Assembly (NCBI RefSeq): GCF_036321535.1
Contig: NC_087436.1
Location: forward strand, 7,502,001-7,566,000
DNA length: 64,000 nt
Direction of reading: 5' to 3'
Source of the DNA: Camelus dromedarius
Taxonomy: Eukaryota
Shown: piece by piece, positions 37,381 to 50,275 of the stretch
Layout: each line of letters begins with the position of its first letter
How positions within the stretch are numbered: position 1 is the first letter of the stretch
Notes under the pieces: model-generated
Databases searched by the model: none
What the model was told of the DNA's origin: nothing
What the model saw: the letters and a program-made list of their open reading frames with translations, nothing else
Position numbers and translations under genes: made by a program

Positions 37381-39974
37381 CCTCTATATTCATTGCAATT
37401 TTGAAAAGAGTCAACTTCAAATAAATTTGTGTAAGTTAATTTTTTAAACATAAAACATGCTGGGTATAAATAAAAAAAAAGTCATATTTATTTAGATTTT
37501 TTATACATGATTGGGAGAGGCATATTATATGAAATTAAAATGCAAGATATTTCGATGCATCCTTGTTCCAATAAACAGTCAAATCAGTATCTTCAGATAA
37601 ACACAAACTGCTGGAATACATATTGTATGTGAGGCAAAGCCCATGTTATTCCTATTTTTGAATTGTTCATAACTCCATTTTGCATTGATATTTTGGAAAT
37701 AAATTCACAGTAAATCTATTGAGGATAAGATAGGTATAGAAATTCATATAAAATGACTTCAAGTTAATATATTCAATCATGAATTTATCATGTATCCATG
37801 AAACAAACCCTATTGCCCAGTATCCCTTTTGTTATGATGTACAGAAGTTGTTATTCAGTAATAATAGTATTAAATTCTAAAAGTATGAAAAGGTGAAAAA
37901 ATGATAGTAATATTTGGCTTCTGATCTACACTCCGGCTCTGATCTGCTAACTCTTCCTGGTTCAGTTCTCTCTTATTAATTTGATTCTTGTAAGGACTGA
38001 TGATCTATTAGTGAAATGTCAGTCTTTTATCAGAAATTCGACTTCTTATCCCTTCTGCTTTCCCAACCTCCCCACACCTTCAACAGCTTGACCCTGTCAT
38101 GCTGACCTTGGCTGTAAGTGGCCCTGGAACAGCTGAGCTCAAGCAGTTTAGCATTCAATATACCATCTAGTCTCGTGGAGATAAACTATGTAGGTCATGA
38201 TTCAGCCTTTATCTTTTTTTTTTTTTATGTTTTTGCTTTGATGGAGTATTGTTATAAAAGATTAGGTCCAGGTGTTTTGTAAATTAATAAATGTTTATAA
38301 CTTCTTGCTGCAAAGACTATTATTATGAACTAATCAGACCTTTTTCTGCAAGTAAAAGTTCTTTATAAATCAAGCCTTTGGCATCCTACATTAGGTAGTT
38401 AACTTTAGATGAGTCAAACTGATGAGTTTTTCATTCTCTAATATGAAATATGATTTTAGGAAAACATAATTCTGGAAAATGGAAAAACTAGAAAAGCGAG
38501 TGGTGAATATGATGATATAGTACTACAGAAACCTAAGCACCAAAATGGAAAGTGAATGTTTTAAAAAATAGAAAAGAAAAGGAAAAGGAAAGGAAGCTAA
38601 AATTTTCTGAAAATGCTCGGTCACCGTTATTGATAACAAATATTTATGAAGTGCCCAAGCAAGAGGGAGTAAAAGTGAAGGGATATTTAAAAATTCAATG
38701 CGGATGCGTTCCATTATGGTTCTTTCTCCATCACTAATTAAAAAAAAATTAGACTACCTGGGAAAAGTCAATTTAGAATCCAACAAAGTTCTGTAATTAC
38801 TAAATCTTTCGTAGCTTTGTATAAATCTCATCTTTTAAATAGCCTGAAAACTTTCTGATGTTGCATATTACATTTTTTGAGACTGAGTGAAAATAACACA
38901 CTTGGTCAAAATGAAAAAGGCTATAATAAGAAATCTAATATTTTTAGCGGAAAATAACAACCACTTAGCATGACCAAGGAGCTCATTTATGATACTTATT
39001 TGTCAGAGACAAAGAGGAAACTACTGTGAGGTTCTCAGCTTCTACAAGAGTATTCCTATTGCTTATATTCCAATTGCTTATAGACAGTATTCGACATTGT
39101 GGAGTTCTTTGCTCTTTGGAATCTAAGGGCTCTATTAAATAACAAAAGGCCCTTCTTGTGTGGACTATTGCCTCTAATTTATATTATAAATTTAACAGTT
39201 TGACAGCAAATGACGATTCAAAGTCAAGACAGTTAACACCATAAATGTTATTCCTACCAATGTGCGAATGATTTTAAATGTTGCAGCCCATTTGTAGGAT
39301 TTAACTTAAAACCACTGTATAGTTGCTGTGTTTGGTAGAATTTTTAAATATTTTTATTATTGTTTGGGAGTTACAAACACCTTTGGTGTTCTTAAATAGT
39401 TTGATACCCATATGAGTAATTATTTGATTATTTTTACAAAGAGGAAAAAGGAACCAGTAGCAGAAAGCACACTGAATTTCCCGTAGTCATAATAAATCTT
39501 CTAGACTCTGTAGAATACGTACTATCCAATACTCTCCGGACCAATGTAAGTCTGTTAGATTGATATTATTTTTAAAGTGATCAAAAATTGAAACTGACAT
39601 ATACAGAGGCAAGAGATGATTAAGAGCTGATAAATGTGTTTATGTGTGTTCGAATAAGCTATACATTGAATTTTCTTCTCTCATTTCTTTTTTATTTTTT
39701 TGAATGTTGGAGGCATCTTACTACTAAGGAGCATTATACTATTCAGGTTATGAAACAGTCTTATCATTATCATCGCAAGTGTTCTCTTAGTTTTCTTTTC
39801 TTTTTCTTTTTATTTCCCCCTTAATCACCTGCTGTCACTTCTCTTCTCCATTCCTGAACAGGTTCTCAGATTTATGATTTAATTTATTACCTCTGTGTGT
39901 GTGTGTGTACGTGTGTCTGTGCATGCATGTGATCTTATAAAATGTACAGTAATGCTTTTGTTGTTTCATGGCAT

Positions 39975-40157
39975 TTTATTTTTTTATTGAAGTATAGTCA
40001 GTTACAATGCTGTGTCAGTTTCTGGTGTACAGCACAATGCTTCAGTCACACATGTACATACATAGATACGTATTCATATTCTTTTTCATTATAGGTTACT
40101 ACAAAATATTGAATATAGTTCCCTGTGCTATACAGTAGAAACCTAGTGTTTATCTCA
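39975..40157 (-). mobile_element. L1 3' UTR fragment
   Basis: tttattgaagtatagtcag...ttccctgtgctatacag. Confidence 0.8.
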
Positions 40158-42850
40158 TTGTATTTTAATTGGCACAGATGATATTGTGACATTGCACTTT
40201 AATTTACACATGGTTCTCATTCTGGTTTTGGGCTTTTTGCTTGTTCTTTTTTTTTTTTTTTTTTTAATTACGAGGTTACTTTCAAAATGGCTGCCAGTTT
40301 CCACTCCCATTGGTTCATGAAAGTCCCCCATCCCTTGCAGCCTGGGAAGTTTGGTATTATGTGCAATTCTAATTTCTGCCAAACTCACTCATGTAGACAT
40401 AAGGCTTTCTTGTATTAATTTGCATTCTTTGATTACAAGGTGTTTATTCCTTATTGATTTCAGATATAGCAAATATCAGTTCTCAGTCTGTCATCTATTT
40501 ATTTATCTACTACGTGTGTTGCTGATCAGAAATCTTTTCATTTTGACATAGCTATATACAGAAAAATATTTTCATCTCATTTAGTGTTCATGAAATCCTT
40601 ATCCACCCCAACAAGTCACAAATATACAAAATTCTCCTACATTATCTTTTTTGCTTTTAGCATTTTACCTTTTATATTTAGAGCTATAATACATGTGGAG
40701 TTCACAGCCTTATGATGTGAGGAATCCAACTTTAATTTTTCAATATTAGTAAAATTTTGCAATGTCATTTACTAAAGATTGTATCCTTTTCCCTACTGAG
40801 GTATGTGGCATTGTAAAGATCTATCAAGTTTGCTTATAAACAGAACTGTTCCTGAGAATTCAACTTTTGTTTTTGCTGTAATATCATATTGTATTTATTT
40901 TAGTGATCTTCAATATACTTTAGGTATCTAATTGTGTTAATTTATATCTGCATTATTTTTTAAAAGATAGCTATTTGTTGAGATTTATTCTAATGTATAA
41001 ATTTTAATGAATTTGTTTAGTTCACTTTTTTTTTTTTACAATTTTGATAAAGTAACAAACATGTAGAGGTGGGTACAATAATCCTTACATTTTCCTTTCT
41101 GTTTATTTTTAGTTACTGAAAGACTTTTGTTAGTAACACAAATTTTATTTCATGCCATTTTAAATTCATGAGTCACTTACTATTATGTTTTAGGATTAGT
41201 AAATAAATTTTATTTTGTTTTTTGATTTTACTGTTCATTTGTTAATAGACAGTATTATTGCATTACGGTTAAAGAATATAGAATGTTGGCTTTCTGGAGC
41301 TTAGTAAGGAATCCTTTGTGAGCCACTTTTAGTCGATTTTTAAATAAATGTTGTTTGTACCAAAATAATCAGCATATTTTTTGCTTCCAAGCTGCTAATT
41401 TTATATCAACTATGGCTTCCAAATATTGTATATTTTTGCTTATTCTTTGTATGCCTCATATGTCATTTCCTGAACATAGTGTCAAAATCATCTACTGTAT
41501 TTGTTCTTTCAGTTATTTTTCCATAGTTCTAAAAATATTTTAAATATATTTTAAAGCTATATTGTTAGCTGTATGCATGCATAACCATAATATCGTCTTA
41601 TTATAATGAGTCTGGATTAAATAGTGATCCTCTAATTGTTTTTCTTTCTTTAATTTTTTTTTTTTCCTGGAAAGTAGTTAAGTGACTGGTGGATCTATTT
41701 AACTGTGTCAGTCTTGGCCTCTTTTTTGGTTTTTCTTCTCTGTGTGTGTGTTGTTTTGTTGTTGTTGTTGCTGTTGTTGTCAGTTTTGTCTTTAGTCACA
41801 AAGTATGGCTCTTATTTTAGGTGATAAGGTTGTTACTTCTCTCCTTAGGCACCCATCGTCTTTTTTGGGGTCTCAACTACATGACTGAGAGTCACTGCAA
41901 AGTTTCTAAGCATCCCGCAGGGCATAATCTCTCTTCTGCCATCTGTGATTGGTATCAGTTCTAGCTAGCCAAATAGTCTTTATTTTTAATTTTTTCCCTC
42001 AGTTTTACTGAGATGTAATTGACATTTAACACCGTATAAGTTTAAGGTGTACAACATAATGATATTTTATATGTATGTATGGTGAAATGGTCACCACAAT
42101 GAATTTAGTTAATATTCATCACCTCCTATAGTAACAAATCTTGCAAAGGGCTTGCACAGCCCAGGTCTTGGTCACAAACTTGTGAGGAACACCTTCCAGT
42201 GCTCTGAGCATCCTCTTCTTACACGTGCCTTCTATTGGCACTCTTCTCCACAAATTTTAGCCGCCTTCGTAGTCTGAGCACTAACTTCTGTCTTATTATT
42301 TTTAGCTCAGTGAGCTGACTTGTTTTATTTGAATTCCACGTCTTTGGGATATAGACAGTGCCCCTGGCAGAAAGCCCGGAAAAACAGCTCTAACAAGTCT
42401 AATCTTGTGAATTTCCTTTCTCTCAAGAATCACATTTATATACTGCTTGTTTTCTCGGCCCTAAAAACACTTGTCACATGTATTTTGTCCAGCTTTATTC
42501 TTATTTAGAGCAGGAGGGAAAGTGTAATCATGGGCCTCTTAATTTCATGTTTGTAAATTTTTAATATATTTAAATTCATTGTATCTGACTGGAGCTTAAG
42601 AATTAATGACATTTTTGTTAACAAAGCATTTTATTAAATATTTTATTGCTATGTACGTTGTTATTGGTAAGTAACACCGTAACAAGCAAACATAGGATTT
42701 AGTGCTAGAAGATTTTTTTCCCTCAGAATTACCTTTAGGTTTACAGATAAATAAATACATAAATACTTTAATAAATACATAAATATTTGAATAATTTATT
42801 TTAGTTAGGTTTCAGTCAGGGAAACAAAAATTACTGTCTAAGTATGAAGG

Positions 42851-42980
42851 TTTTTTTTTTTTTTTAATTTTTGGTAGGGAAATAATTAAGTTTATTAATT
42901 TTTATTTATTTATTTATTTGAATGGAGATATTGGGGATTGAACCCAGGACCTCATGCATGCTAAGCATGTGCTCTACCAC
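42851..42980 (-). mobile_element. Vic-1-like SINE
   Basis: ggggattgaacccaggacctcatgcatgctaagcatgtgctctaccactgagc; degenerate TSD aagtatgaag/aaggatgaag. Confidence 0.9.
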
Positions 42981-44269
42981 TGAGCTGTACCTCTCCCCCC
43001 AAGGATGAAGAGTCTTAATACAGGAATTAGGTTTCCATCACCACTGAAAGAGGTGGGAGGCATGAAAGGAGGAAATACTATCTCAGGCTGCCACCTGGAT
43101 GTGATTTTCAAGAAGCTGAGCTGAAAGTCGTTTCATATATCATGCCTGCCCATTCATCTGCCAGCAACTTCCCCTGGAGAATAATGGCTTCTTCTGCTCT
43201 TACTCTTTCCAAATCTCATTTCTCTTTTTGATAGGCTCCACCCTGGAACCACACAGAGAAAAAAACTCTGGGGAATGTAGTTTCTGGCATCTCCTCTGGG
43301 CTGTGCAGAGGAGACCAAACAAAAAGTAGTTGTGATGCAAAGCTCATAACAATGAAGCACAGTGTGGTTTGCCTCAATGTCTCATGTATATTTTTATAAA
43401 ATGAGAAAAAAAAAATTGAAAGTTATTTTAGTTTTCAGGGAATTCTGAATGTATTTTGGTTCTTTAAGCATTTCAAATGCTTAATCAATCTTTCCTGAGT
43501 GAACACTACTGCACAAATATTATTTGAATATGTTTGAGAATGTTTAAATTATTTTACATATGGAAAGCAATAATATTTTAATTAATTATTAGAATAACAG
43601 TAAGAGTCTTAAGATACTTACATGAAATGCCCTGGTTGTACAGCATTTTCACTAAATTTTAAGGAGCCAATGGAATAAGGAATGAATACCTAAAGGACAC
43701 AAAAATCTAAGTTTTAGTCCCTGATTTGACATATGTCTTCCTTTCAAGACATATGAAGACTCAGACTACATTAAAATAGAAGTGGGTATCTCTGTGACTT
43801 GGCCAGGAACATTGCCTCTGCAATGAGACCTAGGAAGACTTCAGGAAAGACCATACTGCTCTTCATGCATTTTAATTGTTAGGACTGTGTGTCCACTGTG
43901 CCTGTTCCAAGTGTGTCACAGGCAAAAGGTGCAAATAACTCTTGAATATTTTAAGTCCCTGTAGTGTTTGCTTACTATGGGTATTCCTGGAATACAGTGG
44001 GGAAAAAGAACTTCAGAGCACGGTGGATAAAAAAAGAGGGAGAGAGGGCACTTCACGCCCAGTGAGCCATGGATCCCCCTGTTGCAGTCCAGATCTGGCT
44101 CTCTATGGGCTTTGCCATCTCCATCATGGTATGGCCTTGGTGCCATATTGTCCATTGTGTTAACTTTTCCTATTAATTGTTTTTCACTTACTGTCCTCAA
44201 CCCTGTTGGCCTAGGTGGTCTAATGTTGCCATTCTGCTCCTCAACTGCTATCATAATATTTCCTTACTC

Positions 44270-45170
44270 TGGTCCTTCATCTATTCACAAGGATCTATTG
44301 AATACCCACCATGTGCTATTCATGGTTCTGGACTGTAGTTATACAAAGGTGAATAAAATAGTCAAAAATCCCTCCAAGCAGAGGTTACATTTTAGTAACT
44401 AGAGTCAGAAAATGGACAAAATAAATAACTAAAATATGTTGTTATAGAGAAAAAGAATTCAGGAACAGGTATTAAAAGTTTTTGTCAGGGAGGCAGTTTT
44501 GCAATATTAAATAATGTAGAAGGCTTCACTGAAACTGTAACATTTATGTCACTTGTAGAAGTTGATCACTCTGTCTCACGTTTCTCCGTGTCCTTCTCAC
44601 TCCCTGTATTTTCTGCTTTCCATTCCTTCTTTATTTTTTCTCCTTAGTATTTACAATTCTTTAAATATATGTATTTTTCGTTTTCACTGACCTCATTAAC
44701 TATAATCTCCATGAAGACTGATTTTTTTTTGATGTTTTGTTCACTGTTGTATTCCTAGTTCCTAGACAGTGCTTATCACATAAAAAAAAAAGTGATAAAG
44801 GTACTTAAGTGAGAAATTGAATGAGTGAAGGAAGGAAAACATTTCAGGCACAGGGACCAGCAGGTGCAAAGGCAGTGATGTGAGAGTGTACTTGGTGAAT
44901 TAAATGAAAAAGAAGCCAGTGTAGCTGGAGTGGAGTGAGTTTGGGAAACAACAGTAGGAGATGAAAACAGAAAAGTCATGGAGCAGGAGGTGGGTGGCAG
45001 CCTTAGGCCATGGTGGTAACTTTGTCTCCTACTTTGAGATGAAAAGTTATTTGGATGGGTCATATTAGTGACAAGACCTCACTTTTGTTTTTATAAGATT
45101 ACTCTGACTATTGTGTTGAAAATTGATTGAAGAGCCAAGAATGGAAGCAGAGAGACCAGTTAGGAGTTTA
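44270..45170. mobile_element. L2 LINE fragments (both orientations)
   Basis: L2 3'-end motifs (ctccatgaag...tgttcactgttgtattcctag...tgaatgag) inside reverse L2 text. Confidence 0.55.
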
Positions 45171-45484
45171 CTGCATAACAGTCTTCCCAGTATTTGCTAC
45201 TGTCCAGTCTCTGTGAGTGCAATTACCTTATTGTCCAGAGTACTGTTTCTTCTGCTCAATTCAGAGCAGGGAAAAATAAAAGCAAACACAAAGTGCCATT
45301 ATAAATAAATTAAGAGGGAGAGAGAAAGATACTGAAAACTGTATGACATGGTTTTAATCATGTCCGTGGAAGTAAATGATTTATACCTAATATTAATTAC
45401 TTTAATAATTTAAAAATTTTAAATTTCAATGAATGCAAATGTGAAAGGGAGGCTGGCTTTAATACAAAAAGCATCTGGCATAAG

Positions 45485-45678
45485 ATTTTTTTTAATGTAT
45501 TTTTATTGAAGTGTATTCAGTTTACAGTGTGTCAATTTCTGGTGTGCAGCACAGTGCTTCAGTCACATAGGAACATGCATATATTCGTTTTTATATTCAT
45601 TTTCACATTCTTTTTAACTATAAGTTACTACAAGATATTGAACATAGTTCCCTGTGCTATACAGTATAAACTTGTTGT
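45485..45678 (-). mobile_element. L1 3' UTR fragment
   Basis: Same tail family as 39975-40157 and 32300-32480. Confidence 0.8.
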
Positions 45679-46130
45679 AAGACTTTTTAAAATACGTATT
45701 TTTGTATTTAGGAAAAAATTCCCTTCAGTTACTTTTGAATGACAGTAAAATATTTACTAGTACAGATACAACACCCTCCGGATAGTTAAATTTAAAAATG
45801 AGGCTTTTACTTTCAGTCAGCACATTTCTTACTCTAGACAAAATAATTTAGTCATAAAAGAACTACCCTGGAAAATTTATTTACCCTTAATTGTGGCAAA
45901 TCATTTGATCTTAAATCCTCATTTCAATGAAAGAAGTTTCAAGCAGTCATAAACTTGGCTGTGACTATAACGCGGATGCCGACAATCAGTTCTTTCCTGT
46001 GTCAGGAAGATCCGAGAGCCTTAACAGTGTACGATGGGATGTACTGTATGTTTCATATCAAAAGCTCTACGTTTGATGAAAATGGCTTTGCTAAAATTCT
46101 GTGCATCGGAGACACGATCTTTCTCTCTTT

Positions 46131-46131
<1 letters not shown>

Positions 46132-46166
<35 letters not shown>
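46132..46166. repeat. (CA)n microsatellite
   Basis: About 17 perfect AC units. Confidence 0.95.
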
Positions 46167-46167
<1 letters not shown>

Positions 46168-47195
46168 TCAGTAAGTAACAATAATTGACCAGCTCACAGG
46201 GGGGACCTTTGACAAATATTCCAACAAATGGACAATAGTGAATCCAGCACTTACAGCTCATATTTATATATTGGAAGATATTTTAATAATACATTTTTGA
46301 AATTTCCTTGGTTATTAATATGCTACAGATGAACAATAACTAACAGGTAATCAATACTTACCATGTACTAAGCAACATGCTACATGCTTTATGTATAAGC
46401 TCTCATTTAAGATCCAATAAAATCCTGTGCACAATGCGCCCTCAGAATGCTCATTTTGGAGATGAGAAAACACGACTAAAGGTTAATTCTCTGGTTCATG
46501 CAGAGTGCAAGTGACTTGGGAGAGATTCAGATTCTAATTCCATAAGGCAGCTGTTACCCACTGCACAAGACCATCATTTAAAACTATGCTGGGAATAATT
46601 AGTTTAGACGTTAAAAATAAAACACTTGTTAGCCTAAATAAAATAATACTTAATTGCTTACTTTAAAAAACACAATTCCTCTAAAAATGAACTTGTTTCC
46701 AAAGTTCTACTCTTGGGGTCAATTAATCAAGATAGATTCTCTGACCCATCAGGAAGGGTCAGAAGTCCACAAAGAATACGCTGATAAAAGTGCTTTGTAA
46801 TTATGAGGCACAGCTTAGAAGGGCGAGATCTGTGGCTGTCAATACAGATTTATAGTTCCTATCTCTCCTTAAAGACATGTTCTGGCTTAGAGTAACATGT
46901 GATGTACATGGTACACTGTTTACACAGGAAAGAGCCATTTCAATCAAGAAACATCTGCATCCTGTGCTCAGATAGTTACAGTGCACACAGAACATTTTCC
47001 AGGGAACCATTATCCACAGATTCTTGCTTCATTTACTGTAAAATATCCTACACAAGTGAGCATCCCCTAGATAAGAACGCTTCCTTCAGCAAATAAAATT
47101 TAGTTCGGCCTTCTATAATCCCACTAATAATGAGAGAGATCTGTAGCTTAATCCTTTTCTTGAAAATTATGAATGGAAATGCAATTTATATTTTA

Positions 47196-47622
47196 TTTTA
47201 TGATTTTTTGAAAGTGAAAGTAGATTTATTCAGGGAGGTGCACACCTCATAGACAGAATGTGGACAATCTCAGAAGGCAGGAGAGGTGGCCCTAGGAGAT
47301 ACACGTTCCATAGACAGAATGCAGTCCATCTCACCCAGAAGGGAGAGTAGCCAGGAGGTGTGGCGGTGGTTAGTTTTTAGGGGCTGAGTAATATCATATG
47401 CTAATGAGTAGGAAGATTATTCCAACTATTTTGGGGAAGGGGTGGGGATTTCCAGGAATTGGGCCCCCACCCATTTTCTGACCTTTGATGGTCAGTGTGG
47501 GAACTGTCATGGTGCCTGCAGGTGTGCCATGAGGTTCAAAGTCTACTGGAAGTCAAATCTTCTGCCATCTTGGTTCTAACCGGCTAATCTTTCCTCAATT
47601 GCTGTCACTCTTTTAATGGTTG
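47196..47622 (-). mobile_element. 5'-truncated, polyadenylated ERV1 LTR (U3-R) copy
   Basis: Minus-strand AATAAA at 47225-47230; LTR text stops ~15 nt later at an A-rich tail; 13-bp TSD aattta(t/c)atttta (47183-47195, 47623-47635). Confidence 0.7.
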
Positions 47623-48131
47623 AATTTACATTTTAGAATAACAATTAAATGGTATAAGGGAACATTTTTTCAAAATAGAAGGTTTTTGTTTGTTGGTCAG
47701 TTTAGGGGTTTTTTTCTTTCTTTTTAGCTCTTATTTTTAGAATTAGTATTTACAGATGAGTGCTCTAGGATAAAAATAAAATTATAGCATGAGAAGGCAC
47801 TGACACATCCTCTGGCCCCCTGACATTTTTAAACCACAAAGGGAATTAAAGTCCACAGATGACATTATAACACTAAATGCCTTAAAACTTAACTAGATAA
47901 TGACTGTGACACCTAACTTAAAAAAATTGTTCTTGGGTTTATTATCCAAAAGAAAAGTCTGCTGTGCCTGATTCTTTACTCTCAATCAAGATTTACCATT
48001 GCCTGATCTCACAAGGACACCACTGCATGGACCTCATGGACCTGATCACAAAGTGACCCAGATTCATCTGAATTCGATCCCTGAGGACCAGAGAAGGAAG
48101 AAGAATAAATTCACACATCTCAAGTGCCAAG

Positions 48132-49040
48132 CGTGGTCAATGGTTTCCAAGATGGCTGCTAACAATTTCTTTTCTCTAAGCACATATGTCTCCTCGCATC
48201 AACAGGTGGGGTCGATTTGCCACTTCCACTCATGAATCTGGGACAGGACTTCTGTGACTAGGTCACTAGAAGCCTTCTAGTTTCTCCCTGAGCCTCCTGG
48301 GACAACTGCTCTTGGGATGCTCCCTCGGGGAGCTCAGAAGCCATGCTATGAGGAGCCCAAGAGTCCAAGTTCATGGATGGTCCCTGCATAGATGTTCCAG
48401 GCGGCAGCCTGTTATTAGTCCATCCAGGCTGCCATAACAAAATGCCATATACTGGGTGGTTTGAACAAAAGAAAACTGTATTTTCTCACTGCTCTGGAAG
48501 CTAGAAGTGCAAGTTCAGGGCACCAGCATCATCAGGATCTGGCAAAAGCCTTCTTCCAGGCTTGCAAATAACCTTCTTCTCCCTGTGTTCTCACAAGGTG
48601 GAGAGAGAGAAAGCTGTCTGGTGTCTCTTCTTATGAGGGACCAGATCAGGGCCCCACCTTTATGAACTCATCTAACTGTAATTACTTCCCAAAGGCCCCA
48701 TTTCCAAATGCCATCAGATTAGGAGCTGGGGCTTCTACATACAAATTTTAGGAGATGCAAACATTCAGTCCATGACTCAGCCCTAAATGACCTTCCGTCT
48801 CCTAGCCAGCACTGCTTAGCCTACTCAGTCGTGAGTGAGCAATCTTAGGCACTGAGCCAGTCACACTTTGCATGACTGAGGTTCCATCTGCTGTCTTACT
48901 AAAACCTCATAAGAAATTCCGAGTTTGAACCACTCAGCTAACTGCAGTCAACTCACAGAACCCTGAGGGATAATGTTGTGTCATTTTAGGCCACTAAATC
49001 TTGGGCTGGCCTGTAATGCTGCAAAAGCTAATCCAGGCAG
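48132..49040 (+). mobile_element. MaLR LTR (MLT1F-like), interrupted
   Basis: MLT1 motifs (gaagccatgctatgaggagccca..., tttaggccactaaat...). Confidence 0.65.
48410..48777 (-). mobile_element. MaLR solo LTR (MLT1A/B/C-like) nested in the previous LTR
   Basis: ggctgccataacaaaatgcca...ctgggtgg; perfect 5-bp TSD cagcc (48405-48409, 48778-48782). Confidence 0.8.
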
Positions 49041-49450
49041 AAATTAGCACCCAAAGTTTAAGCACTGCTGTAACAAAAACTGGAACATTTGTCTTTGTTT
49101 GGGATTAGGAAGAGAGTAGAGGTTGTATCTCAAGGAAACTCTTAACAAACGATGGAAAATAGTGAGGTTTTGTAACTGCATATGGGGGTCCATATTATGT
49201 AGTGGCTGAAAGTTTTTGCAAAACAGTTGTAATATTGAAAACATAAAATATACCTATTAAAATGGTAGATTTGTCTAAGGAGATGCTCAGGCAGAAGGTT
49301 AAAAGTGTCAAATGGTTACTTTTAGCCATGCCTGATAGGATATGTGTATAGAGAAATGATCAGAAAGGAAATATTCAGGATTCAAGCAGAACTTAGAGAA
49401 ATGTAATGGAGTTAGGAGATGCTAGATTCAGAAATAAAAATGCTTATTAT
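49041..49450 (+). mobile_element. MaLR internal (MLT-int) remnant
   Basis: Follows the LTR directly; ctgctgtaacaaa 5' internal motif. Confidence 0.55.
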
Positions 49451-49691
49451 CCCAGCAAAAAGTCACTTAAACTAAAATGACCCCATTCTATATTTCCCTT
49501 ACCCTGTTCAAATTATTTCTTATTTTCTGTCTCTTCAATTACTCATTTGCCAGTACTTGAAACTTCTACACACTTCTTTCATACAAAGATGGAAAATTGT
49601 TTATAATCTCTGACAATGTGGCATTTGTAATTAGAGTGACCTTGAAAAGAGAGATCTTGAAAAAAATGATTGAATAAGGATGCTAACTTAA

Positions 49692-50275
49692 GGTAGGGAT
49701 TATTTTAGCAGGTCTGAATTACCCAAACCTTGCACCTTCCAAAAAAGTTTTGACCCTTTTGGGAGATGACTTTTAAGCTCCTGGAATTTCCTGCCTGATA
49801 AGAGTGTTTTTTGTTTACCTGGGTCTTTGGACCATGCCGGAGAGTTTATGCTAGCAATGTGATTTATTTTGGGGGCTTTGGGCCACATGGTACTAATTTG
49901 TCCACTGGAGGATCTTAAGGCTGAGAAACTAAGATCAGTCATGGGGGCTTTCCAAGCATACATGACCCATACCCAATAAAATCCCTAGACACAAAGTCTC
50001 TTGAGCGCTTTTCTGACTAACATTGCCTGCGAGTTTTCACACACTGTTGACGGGAGAATTGAGTGCTGTCCATTAGACTCCCCTGAGAGAAGATACTCGG
50101 AAACTGTGACTGGGATTTTCTAGACTCTGCCCTGTCTGCCTTTTGTCTTCGCTGATTTTAATCTTCGTTCTTTCGCAGTACTAAACCATAACCCTGAGCA
50201 CAACAGCTTTTCTGAGTTCTGAGTTCTTCTAGAGGAACACTGACCTAAAAGTTGTGTTGGGGGCCCTGGACTACA
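49692..50275 (+). mobile_element. MER21-like LTR
   Basis: aagctcctggaatttcctgcctgataagagtg...cagcttttctgagttctgag, recalled MER21 features. Confidence 0.65.

Noticed and set aside
38095..38107. Imperfect estrogen response element (TGTCAnnnTGACC)
   Set aside because: One-mismatch EREs are expected by chance in 64 kb.
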